Below are positions 55,636 through 59,123 of a stretch of DNA of 59,123 nt, one piece after another (within the stretch, counting starts at the first letter, position 1; every line of letters starts with the position of its first letter). The notes beneath the pieces were generated by a model that saw nothing but the letters and a program-made list of their open reading frames with translations, ran no database searches and was not told where the DNA came from. Origin of the DNA: Saprolegnia diclina VS20. Lineage: Eukaryota. The translations under genes were made by a program, and so were the position numbers. The stretch spans positions 76,492 through 135,614 of the forward strand of contig NW_008246069.1 of NCBI RefSeq assembly GCF_000281045.1. The letters run 5' to 3'.

Positions 55636-57213
55636 TTAGGCCTCCATGACAGCCACGTGCGTCTCGCGGCGCGCAATGCCAATCGCGAGCTTCTTTTTGA
55701 GCAATTTTCGGCGCGACACTTCGACCGCGATCGCGGCCAGGACGATCGCCCAAATGAGCCAGAGGTACGGAAACAACAGCGTTTGCTTGAGCCCGTCCCG
55801 GTCATTGGCGCAGAGCGGGTTGAGCGAGACGCCGTCCTCGAGCGTATTGCAGTGCGGCGCCCACTTGTCCTTGAGCATACCAAGCACGATGGGCGAGGGC
55901 ACGTCGCCGAGGACGTGCGCGAGGAGCGTGTTGATACCGAGGGCGAGGCCGCGCCGGCGCTTGTCGACCGAGAGCAGAATGGCCACGACCGACGCCGGGA
56001 CGCACCCAAAGAGAAACGCGAGCGCGATCGCAAGGATGCCGATCGACAAGATCTTATCCCACTCGAGCGCGATCCACGAGAGGACAAGGAACGCCGTGCC
56101 GGTCGCGAGCATTATACACAGCTGCCGCGTCGCCTTGTACATGCGAAACTCTTCGTTGTCCGGGTCCAGCGCACACGACCGGTCGAGGAAGAGGCCGCCG
56201 AGAAGCGTGCCGATCGTACCAGCGACGACGATGATGGCGCCAAACACCATGGCGGCCGAGCTCTCCTCAAAGAGGCCAAGGCCGATCAAGAGCGATGGAC
56301 CAAACGCACCGAGGCCCGAGATGGAGAAGATGTACGCGGCCGACCCGAGGGCGACGAGCATAAAGAGCGGCGACATGAGAATCGAAAACACTTCCATGTG
56401 CAGAGCGACCTTCTTGACCTCGGGCTCTTCGTCCGTGACTTGAGCGACTAGTGAAAAGGTCGACTGCATGATGCATTCATGCGAGAGGTCGTTGGCGGCC
56501 AAGTCGGCGTCCGCGGTACCTTGGTGGAACTCGACCGTCGCGCGGTGCGGATCCTGGAGCTGCGGCGTCATGGTGTGGGCGCGCTGGCGAGCGACCAAGC
56601 CCGCGGGCACGTTGTACTGGTTGGGAATGCTAAAGATGCAGAGAAGCACGAGCGGTACCATGAGGATACCCTCAAAGTGAAAGGCCCACGGCCACCCGAT
56701 TGTGGACGCAAAGAGTGCCGAATAAAAGTAGCCCGCCGCCGTGCCGACCGTGATGCCGCAGTAGAAGACGCCGAGCCAGAGCGTGCGCTTCGCCGGCGGC
56801 GCGTGGTCGTCAATGAAAGATGGCGCAATTGCTTGGAAGCTCGATTCGCCGACGCCACTGAGAATGCGCCCGACGAGGAGCACGTTGAGGTTGTTGAACG
56901 GCTCGGCGAGGCCGCAGAGCACCATGGCCACGCACCACGTGGCCATACCGGCAGCGATGAGCACGAACGGGCGATAGTAGATAACCCAGTACCCAAACGC
57001 AATGCTAAAGACCGAGTAGCCCGCAATGAACGCCGAGACGAGGAGACCCATGTACGTGTTGGCCTCGGCGGTGCCCTCCTTGTCGAGCGCCTTGTTGATG
57101 AAGCTCTGGAACGTGTTGGGCGACCCGGGGATGATGCCCCGGTCAATGTAGTTGAGCATGTTGATGGTGCAGAGGAGCACAAAGAGGCTCGAGACCTTGG
57201 TGAGGCGGACCAT
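55636..57213 (-). CDS. MFS transporter, spinster/SPNS family
   Basis: INMLNYIDRG, GRILSGVGE, APSFIDD, GTAAGY, AHVLGDVPSP; about 12 transmembrane segments. Confidence 0.92.
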   Translation of the reverse strand: MVRLTKVSSLFVLLCTINMLNYIDRGIIPGSPNTFQSFINKALDKEGTAEANTYMGLLVSAFIAGYSVFSIAFGYWVIYYRPFVLIAAGMATWCVAMVLCGLAEPFNNLNVLLVGRILSGVGESSFQAIAPSFIDDHAPPAKRTLWLGVFYCGITVGTAAGYFYSALFASTIGWPWAFHFEGILMVPLVLLCIFSIPNQYNVPAGLVARQRAHTMTPQLQDPHRATVEFHQGTADADLAANDLSHECIMQSTFSLVAQVTDEEPEVKKVALHMEVFSILMSPLFMLVALGSAAYIFSISGLGAFGPSLLIGLGLFEESSAAMVFGAIIVVAGTIGTLLGGLFLDRSCALDPDNEEFRMYKATRQLCIMLATGTAFLVLSWIALEWDKILSIGILAIALAFLFGCVPASVVAILLSVDKRRRGLALGINTLLAHVLGDVPSPIVLGMLKDKWAPHCNTLEDGVSLNPLCANDRDGLKQTLLFPYLWLIWAIVLAAIAVEVSRRKLLKKKLAIGIARRETHVAVMEA

Positions 57214-58463
57214 GCTGCTACAACCCCGAGCGTATTGCCAACTGCACCTTCTACCAGCGTGCCCGCGGCTGCTGCAAGGCCATTGGCTGACGCGAATGCA
57301 TTCGAACTTCGATGCGTGCACATGATTGTAGGGCAAAGTGGGCGCTCGAAGGAAAAAACCGTAGATATTAACGTGAATACTTCCATTAAAATTATTAAAA
57401 TGGATATTGTAATATTTCGATAATGTGAAAGATTACAGCGCGTGCCACGTCCAGGCGGTCGACGCAGCGCTCACGATGGCAACGCGGTTGGGATCCCTGA
57501 CGCAGAGTACAGCGTTTGCAAGCACAAGCAAGACAGGCTCTGTCGCAGGAATAGGTCGAAGCGCGACCGCCGGATGCATGCCATAAGGCGCGAATAGTAA
57601 TATGAATATGGATATTATCTGCCGCGAAATAATATTAGCGTCGACGCCAAATTTGTCCCGTCCCATCTGATATGGCAAGTCTCTGAAACTTGATGCGTGC
57701 CCGTTGATGTTGATGATGCACTGGAAGCTTAGGCGTGCGTCGCCGACTTGGCAGTCCCGGTAGCGGCACCACATACAAGCCTCGCCATCGAGCTCAACCA
57801 AGATCTGAGCCGACTCGAAGTCGTAGAGACGCGTCTGGCACTGAGAGCCATATTGCACTTCTTTCGAACCTGACGTGGGCATGGACCAAAGAGCCAGCGC
57901 CTCCTTGTTCGACGATCATTGGGGGCTTGCACATCTGTCTACTTCCGGTGGGGAGTTAAGGAGTCCTGGGCTTGCCAGCGCACGGCCGACGTGCTGCAAC
58001 GCGCTGCTGGCGAAGAGAGCTGCAACAAAAACGTGCAGACTCTGCGGCGTTTAGTGCGCGGAGGAGCGCGATAGGACCAATCGAGATGCTACGCTCCTGA
58101 CCCAACACCGCTGTAATGCCCTGCCAGCGTTCCTGCGATGCTGCTCGCCACGTTCCGAAGCGTGCGCCAGAACGAGATCGTACCAGAGCCCCTGCTAGAG
58201 CCTGCCTCCTGCGCCAGTTTGAGACTCTGCCGTGGCTTTGGCCACAAGCCGCCGACTTGGATAATAAACCACCCAGATTCCAAGCCGAGAGCAGGCAGCA
58301 TAGCAGGGTTCTATTTGACAGCAGCGAGGCGACCGTGCAACTCTTGGCGTCGTCATATCCTCCCGTCCTGGTTCTGGGAACGCGTCTTGGGCCAACATAT
58401 TAAATTTGACAGGTTTTACAGGTCAACCAATGGGATGGCGCGACGCATGGGAAAGATACTGGT

Positions 58464-59123
58464 ATGCTGACCGAGATCGCGGTGCGGGTGGCCAAGGTCG
58501 ACGACGCATCGTGCCTCAACGACGACAACGACGAGACCAAGCCGACGGGGCCGCGCGTGAAGCGGGTGCAGGTCACGCTGCTCTCGCCGCCAGTGCGCCT
58601 CACGCACATTTCGTTTCAAAACTACTATACCGCAAGTCTCCGCATCGACCAAGTGCTCTTCGGTGGTGCGAGTGGCCTGCTTCGAATCGCGCCGATATGA
58701 GCATCCTGTAGGCAAGACGACTTGCGTTGTCGCCAACCTGCCCTTGATGGCCAAGGCCCACTACGAAGACGACGCGCAGAACTGGCATGTGCTCAAGCAC
58801 GACCACGTACGCGCCAATTCGGTTGCACGCACAATATAGCATCGTGTAGCTACCGGGCCTTGACGCAGCGCGCGCGACAGGCTTTGTGTTCTACCTCACA
58901 CAGCCGTCGCCGCTCTGGGACAAGGTGTGCAGATGGGCTAGGATCATATTCGACGACGTTGAACGTAGTGGGAGCTCCAGCAGCTGCGGTTTTTCGAGAC
59001 CACCGAGGCGCCGTCCGTCGTACCGCGCGCGCTGCAGGAGAAGGCGGCCGAGTTGACGGACGGCCAGCTCTTCCGCAAGTACACGATCAACACATCCGGG
59101 ACGGTCTCGGCCGACGCCAAGCA
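58464..59123 (+). CDS. NICN1: Nicolin-1-like protein (tubulin polyglutamylase complex subunit), multi-exon, 3' truncated by window
   Basis: ISFQNYYTASL, LMAKAHYEDDAQNW and YLTQPSPLW match the NICN1 motifs I recall (FKNYYTA, LMPxPHxE, QPSPLW). Confidence 0.75.

Noticed and set aside
57841..57900. CTGAGA...GAACCTGA spacing reminiscent of a TPP riboswitch
   Set aside because: No TAAT-type L5 loop, no GCG/AGG closing P4, no convincing P2 pairing and no thiamine gene. An Rfam TPP cmsearch would settle it.

Overview
Gene-dense, GC-rich eukaryotic DNA with many short (about 40-55 nt) GT-AG introns. It is almost certainly an oomycete, and Saprolegnia-like judging from the intron sizes, an INR/FPR core promoter, FYVE-GAF genes, an elicitin-like gene and the ankyrin family (inference, no database search). 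I can support about 27 protein-coding genes. Housekeeping genes: Pho88/SND3-ankyrin, Rix1/PELP1, HAD hydrolase, delta-COP, beta-carbonic anhydrase, NATD1-like GNAT, eEF2, ATP-PEPCK, Arp10, SPCS1, peroxisomal DECR2, spinster MFS and a partial NICN1. Lineage-type genes: elicitin-like, ankyrin, two FYVE-GAF, GIN-domain, papain protease and several unknowns. There is a 542-N assembly gap. I found no tRNA, rRNA, CRISPR array or intact mobile element. Most interesting: (i) a kinase with 2x ADF-H + ubiquitin-like + coiled coil + TKL domains; (ii) an importin-alpha paralogue lacking the IBB but carrying a C-terminal Cys/His finger and basic tract; (iii) a small spliced protein with two KGRFTIIDL (RFxI) motifs and a leucine zipper; (iv) a 7-bp repeat at the DECR2 stop that gives SKL-stop in all three frames; (v) substitutions at the eEF2 diphthamide loop and the carbonic anhydrase allosteric Arg. 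Exon boundaries were inferred by eye.
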